Assembly (NCBI GenBank): GCA_002269645.1
Contig: NIVC01003654.1
Span: forward strand, 21,217 to 85,216
DNA: 64,000 nucleotides
Direction of reading: 5' to 3'
Source: Macrostomum lignano
Lineage: Eukaryota
Position 1 is the stretch's first letter. Each line of letters begins with the position of its first letter. The notes beneath the pieces were generated by a model, which was not told where the DNA came from, made no database searches, and saw only the letters and a program-made list of their open reading frames with translations. A program made the translations under genes and the position numbers. Below, one piece after another: positions 11,877-22,420 of the stretch.

Positions 11877-14800
11877 TTACTCGACAAAGCGCACCGTCTC
11901 CAGACTCCGGAGCGCCTCATCAAGCGGCTTAGCAACCGCCGGCGTCTTCAAGAATCGCTTGCGCACCGTGTTGATCAGTTCGATCATCTGGTTGATGTCG
12001 ATGACGCTCTTGACCAGCTCCGGGTACATGCACAGCTCGCGCAGCAGGCTGGCCATGGCCTCGGCCACCTCAACATTGTCCCGGTGCACGTGGAAGGCCG
12101 CCGCCAGGACTGGCAGGCCGGCCAGGCCTTCGCCAGCCGCTTCAACTGACTCGCAGTCCAGCACCGTCAGGCCGCACTCTTCGTCTGACTCGACGTAGCT
12201 GGCCAGGGCCAGGGCGGCGTTGCGCACCACCTGGAGTGACAGTGGAAGTACATTTTAGTGACATTAGTGTGATGGTAGAGTGACAGCAAATGATAGTAGA
12301 GGGACAGTAGATGACACTAGAGTGACAGTAGTTGGCATTAGAGTGACAGTAGAGTGACAGTAGAGTGACAGTAGATGGCAGTAGAGTTACAGCAGAGTGA
12401 CAGCAGGTGACGGCAGTAGAGTGACATTAGAGTGACAGTAGATGGCATTAGTGACAGTAGATAACAGTAGTGTGACATTAGAGTGACAGTAGATGGCATT
12501 AGTGACAGTAGATAACAGTAGTGTGACATTAGAGTGACAGTAGATGGCAGCAGAGAGACATTAGAGTGACAGTAGATGACAGTAGAGTGACATTAGAGTG
12601 ACAGTAGATGGCATTAGTGACAGTAGATGACAGTAGAGTGACATTAGAGTGACAGTAGATGGCAGTAGATGGCAGTAGAGTGACAGTGGAGTGACAGGTG
12701 CGGCAGACCTTAGTGAACCGCTGGTGCCTGGCCAGGGCCCGCAGCAGCAGCTCGACCACCGCGTGCTCCCCGGCCCGCTGCACAGCACTGGGCGACATGC
12801 TGAATGCCAGCAGCAGGGCGGCTCCGTGCTCCTGAGCTTCGGGCGAGTCGCCGAACGCCTTCATCGCCCGCGTCACCAGCAGGAGGCCGTCGCGTTCCAA
12901 GCAGCGCCGAGCGTTTGGCGCGTAGGCGCAGAGCGACCACAGCGCGTTGGCGGCCAGCGCGAACAGGTCTACGTCGTCCGGGGCGGCGGCGACGGCCGAC
13001 AGCAGAGCGTCGATGCCGCCGGATTCGCCGACCAGCTGGGAACAGCGACGGTCAGCGGCGAAGGCCATCAGGAGGGCGGCGGCCGAGCGGAGCAGCCCGG
13101 AGCAGTAGGGGTGCTGCGACATCGCCAGCAGCACGCAGTCCACGGATTCGCGCGAGTACAGCGGCCCGCCAGGGCTGGCTCGAATGGCGAGGTTGCCGAG
13201 CAGGCAGCAGTAGGCCGTGCACACCTGAGAGGGTCGGTGGTATTTCCAAAGTAGGCTAGTCTGGTCGAGGGTATTCCCCAATTAGACTAGTCTGGTCGAG
13301 GGAATTCCCAAATTAGGCTAGTCTGGTCGAGGGAAATCCTGAAGTAGGCTAGTCTGGCCGAGGGTATTCCCCAATTAGACTAGTCTGGTCGAGGGTATTC
13401 CCCAATTAGACTAGTCTGGCCGAGGGTATTCCCCAATTAGACTAGTCTGGCCGAGGGTATTCCCCAATTAGACTAGTCTGGCCGAGGGTATTCCCCAATT
13501 AGACTAGTCTGGCCGAGGGTATTCCCCAATTAGACTAGTGTGGTCGAGGGAATTCCCCAACTAGGCTAGTCTGGTCGAGGGAATTCCCAAATTAGGCTAG
13601 TCTGGTCGAGGAAAATCCTGAAGTAGGCTAGTCTGACCGAGGGAATTCCTGAAGTAGGCTAGTCTTGTCGAGGGAATTCCTGAAGTAGTCTAATCTGGTC
13701 GAGGGAATTCCTGAAGTAGTCTAATCTGGTCGAGGGAATTCCTGAAGTAGTCTAATCTGGTCGAGGGAATTCCTGAAGTAGTCTAGTCTGGTCGAGGGAA
13801 TTCCTGAAGTAGGCTAGTCTGGTCGAGGGAATTCTTGAAGTAGTCTAGTCTGGTCGAGGGAATTCCTGAAGTAGTCTAGTCTGGTCGAGGGAATACCTGA
13901 AGTAGTCTAGTCTGGTCGAGGGAATCCCCAATTGACCTATTCTGGCCGAAGGAATTCCCCGAGTAGGCTAGTCTGATCGAGTATTCGCGGCAGGCTCACC
14001 TCTTCGCTAGCCAGGTGAGAGCGCAGTCCCTGATGCAGTGTGCACAGCTGCTCAGCGGTGAGGCTGCCGGCAGAGCGCAGCTGGGTGCACAGCTCTTCAA
14101 GGGCTTCGCGGAAGCAGTTCTCATTGTTGAGCTCGCGGTCAACGTACTCAAGCAACGGCTCGAGGCCGGAGTCGCGAGGAATCGGCCGGTCTTTAGTTGT
14201 GACCTGGAAAATTTGGTGCCGGGAAGTGTCAGATGATTGGGGTACTCGTAATTTTAAGGCGAACAAAAACTGTTAAAGCTGAGGACCGTTCGCACCTGCT
14301 GCTTTCGCCGCCTGTCGGCCATGGCGGAGCCCGCAAGGTTGAGGCAGTCGCGAGCCAGCGGCGTCTCCAGCAGAGCGGCCATGGTCGGCCGGTCAGTCGG
14401 ACGGACGGCCAGCAGGCCGAGGACGGCAGCCCGGAGCTCCGGCGAGTACACGGACTCGACCGGGGCGAGCGCCTCCTGGAGGATGCGCGATGCGGCGGCA
14501 GCGGAGGCGTCTTCAGCGGAGTCCGACTCGGAGGACTTGTAGCGGAGCAGAGTTTGGCCGAGGCTCTGCCAGGACTGCTCGGTGCAGAGCATGAGGTTCA
14601 GCAGGACGCAGCCCAGGCCCCACATGTCCGCCGCCTGGGTGTAGGTTGCGGGCCGGCCAGCCTGTGGGCAGAGAAGGACGCGAGTTGAGCCAGCCAATCA
14701 GATGGGAGTTTCAGATGTGTGTACAGTCATAGTATCCATTCCATCAAAATCAGTGAGGTGGCCGCAGGCCAAAATCCAGTTTATTAATTTTGAATTTAAG

Positions 14801-15518
14801 GGGGGGACTGAAGTAGGTGATGCGAGGACCAATCAGAAGCCAGAGAGAAGGAGAGATAAGAAATCGCAGTGAGCAAGAACGAGATTGAACTAGACAAGTC
14901 AAGAGACAACGGCAGATTAACTTAAGGAGGTTAATAATGTAAAATAATAAGCGAAGATCTCAAAAAACGCACCTGAACTTCTGGTGCCGTGGCGTCCATG
15001 ATGGCCTTGTCAGTGCGCGTGTTGGTCTGGTGATCGGCCATCAGGGTGGCTACGCAGAAGTCGCCCACAGAGATGCTCAGATCGTCTCTCAGGAAAATGT
15101 TGGACGCTCGAATATCGCCGTGGCAGAGGCCTCTGCCGTGAATGTAGGCGAGAAACTCCAGCGTCTGGCCGAACCATTTCCGCACGATCTCCTCGTCCAG
15201 CGGTTTTTTGTCCTTGAGCTTGCGGCTGGTGATGCTCTCCAGGCTGCCGTTGGGAAAGTGGTCCATAACGAAGCAGACGTAGACGGAGGAATGGTCGGCG
15301 TTCCAGTCCACGAAGATCTCGCGGTAGGGCGCAGCGAACGGGTGCCGGATACTCGTCAGCCGGAGCGACTCCTTGAAGGCTTTGTTGGCGGAGCTCTCGT
15401 CGTGGCATTCAACTCGCTTGAGGGCGTAGCGAAGGCGATCGGCCGTGGCGGCCTCCACCAGCAGCACGGTGCCCAGAGGCCCCGAACCGAGCTGCTTCAC
15501 TACCAAGTAGTTTTCCAT
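11877..15518 (-). CDS. STKLD1: Serine/threonine kinase-like domain-containing protein STKLD1 (N-terminal kinase domain plus C-terminal ARM-like repeats), ~661 aa, 5 exons
   Basis: Exons 15518-14973, 14661-14296, 14203-14000, 13224-12709 and 12230-11877; all introns are GT-AG, phase 0, and the frame stays continuous. Kinase motifs: GSGPLG, YALK, HGDIRASN, DFC, APE, DMWGLGC. The segments KRVECHDE and EIFVDWNADHSSVYVCFVMD match recalled vertebrate STKLD1 ([28 protein letters not shown]). Ala/Leu-rich helical repeats follow. Confidence 0.88.
12240..12700. repeat. 10-11-bp-unit compound minisatellite (GTGACAGTAGA/GTGACATTAGA) filling STKLD1 intron 4
   Basis: Degenerate tandem copies spanning nearly the whole intron. 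Confidence 0.9.
13250..13980. repeat. 31-bp minisatellite (AATTAGACTAGTCTGGCCGAGGGTATTCCCC and variants) filling STKLD1 intron 3
   Basis: About 23 copies; the unit variant changes gradually along the array. Confidence 0.93.
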
Positions 15519-15915
15519 TGATCAGCTGAAATCCCCGACAGGGAGGGGTGGGAAAATACAGACATGACAGCCCATTCTCAGGCGTTTAGATAGCACTTTG
15601 GAATGGATAGCAGGCAGTGAGCATCGTTGCGTAGCTTTTAGCCAAATAAAGAAGCTTGTGCCTTCGATACACTCACCGAATTCTATAAATAGAGCCTGGA
15701 CAAAAGCAATCGTCTGCAGCCCAACCGTCTATGGGCACCTGGCCCCCTCTTTTCTCTATTATAACTAACTTCTACTCACGTGTATCAAGACTAAACCACA
15801 ACTCTATAAGGCCAAGGTTTATATACATTTTTGTTATTAGACAGACTAGCATTGCAGCTGATGAATCCGGACAACTCAAGCAATTCTTGAAGCATTCAGC
15901 TCTCAAAGCTCGAGT
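15519..15915. promoter_or_regulatory. Putative bidirectional promoter/5'UTR region between STKLD1 and CDC50
   Basis: Divergent ATGs about 400 bp apart. On the minus strand a GTGAGT donor near 15676 and an acceptor (gatttcag|) just before the STKLD1 ATG imply a 5'UTR intron, which leaves only ~200 bp for both promoters. Confidence 0.5.
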
Positions 15916-17208
15916 ATGTCCACAGGACGAGGCCGCTTGGCCAGCGGCTACAGCCGAGCGCGTCGCCGATTTTGCTCGCGTCGAGAGTCATTGGAAGACT
16001 TCTCAGTGCAGTCGTACAATGCGACGACGCCCAGCAAGACGACTGCCACTCAGCCTGCGGTGGCCGCGGCTGGTCAGTTCGGCAACCTGGGCGGTCCCTA
16101 CCTGCAGCAGGTGATGCCCGGCCTGCACTTGGGCCTCTCATGGCGCCAGATGTTCTTCAGCTTGTTCTTTGTCTCCATAGCACACGGAGTATTGGCTTAT
16201 TTTGCATTCATTAGCTGGCTGGGCACCACGGAAGTGCTGGTCTCCTACACCAGCTGTGCGAAGCTGTCGTATCCGAATCAAACTGCCCAGGAATGCGAGG
16301 TGACCTTCAACCTGCCGGCTCAGATTGACGGTCAGGCGTACGTGTACTTTCGCCTGTGCAATTTCCATTTAAACCATCGTCACGTGTACTCCTCGTGGAG
16401 CATGCCCCAGCTGCTCGGTAAGAAGCCGAACAATATCAAATACTCCTGCAAGAAGTTCACTTATCGCGACGAAAAGCTCGTGCTGCCGTGCGGTGCGCTG
16501 CCCAATGCCATCTTCAACGACACTGTTAACGTCACGGGACCGCTGAACTGTGAGTACGCAGGCAGTCAAACCTTGCACAGTTAAAACTCATTCAGAACTG
16601 ACCTTGTAGAGATGCACTTAGACATTGTACAGTCTTACTCAACAAGCACCATTCCCAAAGCTCGAAATCCTCATTTGAACTGCAAATACGCCAACTGCCC
16701 TCTAAAAAACCTCTCAGCGGACACCAAAAACGCGACAACAATTCCCCTGTCAAGCAGCAACCTCAGCTGGCCGAGTCACACGGCTGGCCTGCACAAGGCC
16801 CTGCCGGCCAAGCTGCTGGAGAACACCGTCAAGCCCATGAACTGGCCCGAGCCGGCCGCGATTCGGTACAAGCGTCCGTTTGAAAACGCGGACGATTTAT
16901 GGGTCTGGCTGGTTACGCCAGCCTTCCCCTGCTTTCGCAAACTCATTCATTGGGTGGATTCCAATGAAAGCCTGTCAGCTGGAAAGTACAAAATGTCCAT
17001 CGGCTATCACTACCCAGTGGCCGGGTTCGGCGGCACGAAGAGCTTCGTCGTGGCTGGCAAGTCGCTGCTTGGCGGAAAGAACCTGGCGCTGGCTGTACTG
17101 CCGTCGGCTGTCAGCGCCGTCTACTTCCTGCTGAGCTTGTCAACTCTGATCGAGTGCTACTGCAGACTGCGGAAGAGGGCCATTGCGCTGGGCATTGTGG
17201 TTGACTAG
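15916..17208 (+). CDS. CDC50: CDC50/LEM3/TMEM30 family P4-ATPase flippase beta subunit (divergent), ~374 aa, 2 exons
   Basis: Exons 15916-16549 and 16718-17208, phase-1 GT-AG intron. Two TM helices flank an ectodomain with family motifs YVYFRLCNFHLNHR, LPCGALPNAIFNDT, ENADDLWVWLVTPAFPCFRKL, YPVAGFGGTKS and LLGGKNLAL. Confidence 0.88.
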
Positions 17209-17354
17209 TCCAGGGGGTCTGGGCTGTTCAGGGGAATTCTCTAGGCTGATTTCTTGCTTTATTTAAGTTAACCGATTAACGAGCGTATCATATGGGTAGC
17301 CTGTTTTACGAGCAGAAAAGACAGGGCCCTTGTAGAGTGCTTCTAGATACTAGA

Positions 17355-17755
17355 GGCAGACAGTGGAGCTACCAGGATCAGACAGTGGAGCTACCAGGAT
17401 CAGACAGTGGAGCTACCAGGAGCAGACAGTGGAGCTATCAGGAGCAGACAGTGGAGCTACCAGGAGCAGACAGTGGAGCTATCAGGAGCAGACAGTGGAG
17501 CTACCAGGATCAGACAGTGGAGCTACCAGGATCAGACAGTGGAGCTACCAGGATCAGACAGTGGAGCTACCAGGAGCAGACAGTGGAGCTACAGGAGCAG
17601 ACAGTGGAGCTACCAGGAGCAGACAGTGGAGCTATCAGGAGCAGACAGTGGAGCTACCAGGAGCAGACAGTGGAGCTAGCAGGAGCAGACAGTGGAGCTA
17701 CCAGGATCATACAGTTGAGCTACCAGGAGCAGGTGGAGCTAGCAGGAGCAGACTA
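17355..17755. repeat. 22-bp minisatellite (GACAGTGGAGCTACCAGGA[T/G]CA)
   Basis: About 18 copies; explains ORFs 17292-17803. Confidence 0.95.
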
Positions 17756-19488
17756 AGGGGAGACAGCAACAATGGAACAACCCATTACTATTGGCTGCTC
17801 TGATGTTGTAGTTCATAGCTAATATTGGCTTTAGATAGGGTAGTCAACACAGGAGTCACTTTCAATTCTTCCATAGAACTGAGCTTGCCAATGCAGTCCA
17901 ATGTTGCTCCTCTAGCAGATAGTTGGTGATTAATTTGCTCATGCTATATTCCCAATAATATATAATTTGCTCTGAAAGGCAAGCTTATTGCTAACAATTA
18001 GTTTGTTGTACCAAGAAATGTGCATGTATAAAAAGTACAAAAAGCTCCAAAATACAACTTTATGTCAAATATATCTTATATGCATGTATATTCATGCATT
18101 TAAACTAAATTATCTCAATTAAAGGAGCCAATGAACATATGTGATCAAAGGTGCATAATATACTCCTATTTATGCCTACTTGAAGAAAAATATTACTGAT
18201 AAAATATGATAAAAAATAGTATGATAAAATTGCATTGCATAATATGATAAAAAATAATACTGAATAAAAAATATTGAAGCTTCTTGCAGCTTGTGAGCAG
18301 TATAAACAAAAAACTAAAGAAATTCTTAAATTATGTAATTATTGTATAAATTCCTACTGAGCACTATGGCATGGTTAGGAAGATAGTTTAACTCTAATTT
18401 AAAACGAGAGCAATTCAAGACAGGTTTTATAGCTTCAATTAGTTCAAAAAATCTTGGATTCGATTGAATTACAATGTCATTTACTTTATCCATACCATAA
18501 ATTTAGGTTTGAATTGATTATGTGCTATTTATGAGTTCATGAAAAGTGTGAATTTATCGCAGACTACACGAAAAGTAAACAATCACTTTTTCTACAAAAT
18601 CGAAAGCAAAAGAACAAAATAATGAGGCTGTTGGGAATAGTCTCAAAATACTTTGTCTGCGACAAGACAGCAAAAAAGTGCTAATTTAGAAATCTGTTGG
18701 CTAAATTGTTTCAAACTAGTTAGAAATATAATACAATTTTTACCACATACAATTTTTGTATCTATTAGTTGTCCCATCAAAATTGGCCCAGCAGTTTTGG
18801 AGAAGATATCGAACTGACAAACAAACAAACAAGAATACAGACCTTAGAGATGGTAGTATATTTAGATTTAAGTCGTTGTAGTCTAACAAAGTTAAATTAT
18901 TAATGTATAGTAACAGGAACTCATTGTAAAACTATCTTTTACATTGCGTCAAAACTTTTTGAAACTATTTTCAAAGTTTATGTAAGCCAGATAATATAAT
19001 TACGAAAGCATGTTTTAGGGATCGTATAAAAATTTGTTAAAACTGCCTACTTTCAAACCGTCGTATTTACTTTAACCCAGTTTTTGCTATTTTGTAATAG
19101 ACTAATACTCTAAAAATATTTTCTGCTAGTGGTCATTCGATTGAATTTATTTATTGCTAAAGCAATGAAAGAAATATACGAATTTTCATTAGTTTTTGTT
19201 TGCACTTGGTAGAAAAATTCCACCCACAGAAGATTTAATGTAATCAATTTTTTCGAAAAAAAACTAACTTTTAGATATTCGAAACACAGAGAACTAATAC
19301 GAGTAGCATACGATAATTCCACACCCTAATTTTTTCATGTAAAATGAATGGGTTGTTTACCGGCACTCTTATCGTACACATGTGCAAATTCACGAGCAAT
19401 ATATTTTTAAAAGCAAATTTAACCCTCCACCAAAACACGAATTCCCATCACCACCATGAGCCAGCATCAGACGTTGGTGCTGCCCATA

Positions 19489-19975
19489 CTACCAACTCCC
19501 GAACAGCCAGCGGTTCCGGCTGCCGGTGCCACACTGCGCGGGCAGTTGGCCCTCCCTAGCCCAACCAACCTCCACGTGGGGGGGGGGCGTGGTATAACGC
19601 TCCAGAACCAGCTGGGCCACATGTGTCGCGCACGGCAGACGGATCTTCTCATCCGGCGTGTTGTACAGGATCACGTGGAGCTCCCCGGTATAGTCCGGGT
19701 CCACCACACCACCCTGCACAGTCAGGCCCCGATTGGCCCAACTTGAGCAGCTCGCGATCCATAGGTGCCTGGCGGCAGGATAACGCAAAGGCCTGTGCGT
19801 ATATGATGGCAGTATCACAGCCCTCCACGGTCCAATTTTCACTGGTAGCCAAATCGTACGTCACTGATCCTGCCCCGTGAGCCGCCGCGGCATCGCAGCG
19901 CCATGATCCACTAGCACGATGCTCAACGGGACTGTCGATCAGGCTCTGGGTGTAGTACTCATCGCGGCTGAGGGT
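19489..19975 (-). pseudogene. dut: dUTPase pseudogene (trimeric dUTPase, probably virus/element-borne)
   Basis: Three consecutive frames give GAGSVTYDLATSENWTVEGCDTAII / RTGLCVILPPGTYG / IASCSSWANRGLTVQGGVVDPDYTGELHVILYN...HVAQLVLE. This covers dUTPase motifs 1-4 with at least 2 frameshifts; motif 5 is degenerate (..FGS). No introns. Confidence 0.85.
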
Positions 19976-20149
19976 TCATAGTTCATTGGATTCTTATCAT
20001 CTTCTAAAATGACTCTACTACTACCCTCATAATCCTCGCCCCAACAAAAAAGCTAAGCCTAGTACTAACCCCCAGTATCATCCTAGAAAACAAAAAATAC
20101 ATCGAGAAAGATATATTGCGAGCAAAAAACATAAACAGACAAACAATAG

Positions 20150-22420
20150 AGAACAATTGAAGTCAACCGCCAATGACCAAATAAGAGATATGAGTAGGGA
20201 TCAACCCAGGCTTGCTTCGTGTCGAAAAAGCTAAGCGCTTGCTTGAGCTGCTCAAAAAGATCTTCTGTCGCCGCGAGGTAATCGTCCGCATCGTTACTGC
20301 ATGCTCCAACACTCGATCCTTCCACACATTCAAAAATACGTTGCGCTTCATACCTCTAACAATCGACTTCGACACGCCCATGCACCGCAAATCTGACAGA
20401 GGGTTTTCCTTTGCATACATGTACACCATTGAATAGTTTTTCGGCCTTAGAAATGCAAACTCCAACGGTGTACAACATGAAACTTCATCTTTTTAAACCA
20501 TTAACTTCCCTTTCTACTTTTTTGTATAAACCGGATGAGAAGGTGGATAAATACTAATGTCTAATACACCGCACTCCACCAAATCTTTACAAATCTTTAC
20601 AAACAACTTATCCCGGGGACTCGTCTCCGGGTAGGCTATAATCAATGCCAAGATAAAAAAATCCGTATATCTATCAAGCACGCGGGCAGAAGCAAGTGAC
20701 TGATGACATTGAATCCTTGAATAGAAAAACTCGTAGACAAATGTCTTCGCAAGGTCCAGAATAGCGCTACTAATCAGAATTGGCTTGTTTAGCAATACTC
20801 AACGAGGAGTCCAACTCACGCCCACCAGACGGTTTGTGTACAAAATCACGTCCATAAATTCCTCTTTAGCGACGTACGTTTCTAACTTTTCGGCACTAGT
20901 ACACATGCAATAGCTCAGCCTGTCTCGAACCCGCTGCAGAAACTTGCCGTGCACCGCATTGTTTAATATTTAAAAAAATCTAGATCGAAATCGCTGGTCG
21001 CCTCAGACCGCCGACGAATATTATGTTCAATGTATTCCTGTAAAATAGGACCTTCTACAAATTCGAGAACACGATTTACACGCGTCACACGCATGCCTAA
21101 CTCGAGGTAAATACGCAATGCTCAATTATGTACAATGTACCCCTCTTTGTGTGTCACAGAGCCGATTAGCTTCCCTGTCGGAGAAGCTAATCGTTTTACG
21201 TCCTTGTATACCTCCGCATTCCTCCTTCTTGGATTAAGCTGACATTGTAGACAAACCCAATCCTGCTTCATATGCTTAGTTAGGTAAGCACTATCAGTTC
21301 TCTCATGGCCAATAGCCAGAGGTAGATCGGCAGCAGAGTCGTGCAAAAACTTCGGGTAGTACATATCGACATTCAGTAACGACCCTCGTCCATTCGCGCA
21401 ATAGCTAGACAGCCAGTTCAAAAACTGACTCGACTTACTCGGATTTTCCAACTCCGCAACATCATCAACTGGTAGATTTTCATGCACTCTACGAGGCAAC
21501 CAACGATAGGCTTTATACGGCAGGGCCTGCACCATAAAACTGGAGTAAAAAGAATTAGCATTAAGGTAGGCCAAGTGAGTGCCATACGGTGCATTCTGTC
21601 ACAGTCCTCTTAAATCCAGATCGTCGTCAAGGTCCAGCTGACGACGACATTCTTCTACCATAGGATTGTTTGCCATAGTAAGATGTCGAGTGCCGAAACG
21701 AAACCCGCCTCGAATCGAAGCTTCAACCTCGGAGTACATACGAGCGTCTGAAAACAACTCTATCGGCTCCTTCACCTTCAATAGACACGCAGCTAGACTA
21801 TACATTGGCGATCCAAGAAAATGGCACACATCCAGACCGTATTCTCGTATTGCAGTCCGACGAAAACTCTCAAATGAATTGCATAGCAGTAGTGAATCCA
21901 ACAGTAAATACGCGGTCACATAGCCACGCAAATTCTCACAATCAAACTCTTGCCAACTCTGCTAAGCGCGGGTGTAGTACATCTCAGAACACTCTTGCCG
22001 GGTCATTGAATCGTAAAACAAATCTCGCGGTGGCAGTTCAGTTACACTGTCCAACTTCTCATCAGAGTCCAAGTAACATTACGGAAACACTCCGTTGGAG
22101 TTTAGGAGTTTAGGAATGGAAGTTTAGGAATGGAAGGCTTGTAGTTTAGGAATGGAACGGATCGGCCAGATCGTCCAGAGTGGATTCTGTTGGACCGGAC
22201 TGCGCGCCCGCCGCCACGCCCGCCGCCGCCGCCGCCATCGCCCCGCCGCCCGCCCCCACACGTCGTCTGTGCGTCTCTGGCGGCGACGACTGCTCGACTG
22301 TAGGTATTTTCGACGGAATATGGACAGCATGACGTCGACCTTGACAACGGTGAGGAACTTCCAGTTACTACCGCGGGACTGGAAATTAGATAGTCCAGGG
22401 AGATGGCCTCCTCACCTGTA
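20150..22420 (-). pseudogene. Polinton/Maverick-type protein-primed family B DNA polymerase, decayed
   Basis: Collinear pPolB motifs across frames: NFQSRGSNWKF; NGVFP*CYLDSDEKLDSVTELPPRDLFY; YLLLDSLLLCNSFESFR..YGLD; IRGG..ANNP; YLNANSFY..LPY; LNVDMYYPKFLHD..DLPLA; KLIGSVTHKEGYIVHN; YLELGMRVTRV; FFK..NNAVHGK; LNKPILISSAILDLAKTFVYEF; LDISIYPPSHP; EFAFLRPKNYS; ALSFFDTK..LFGHWRL. Multiple stops and frameshifts. Confidence 0.92.
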
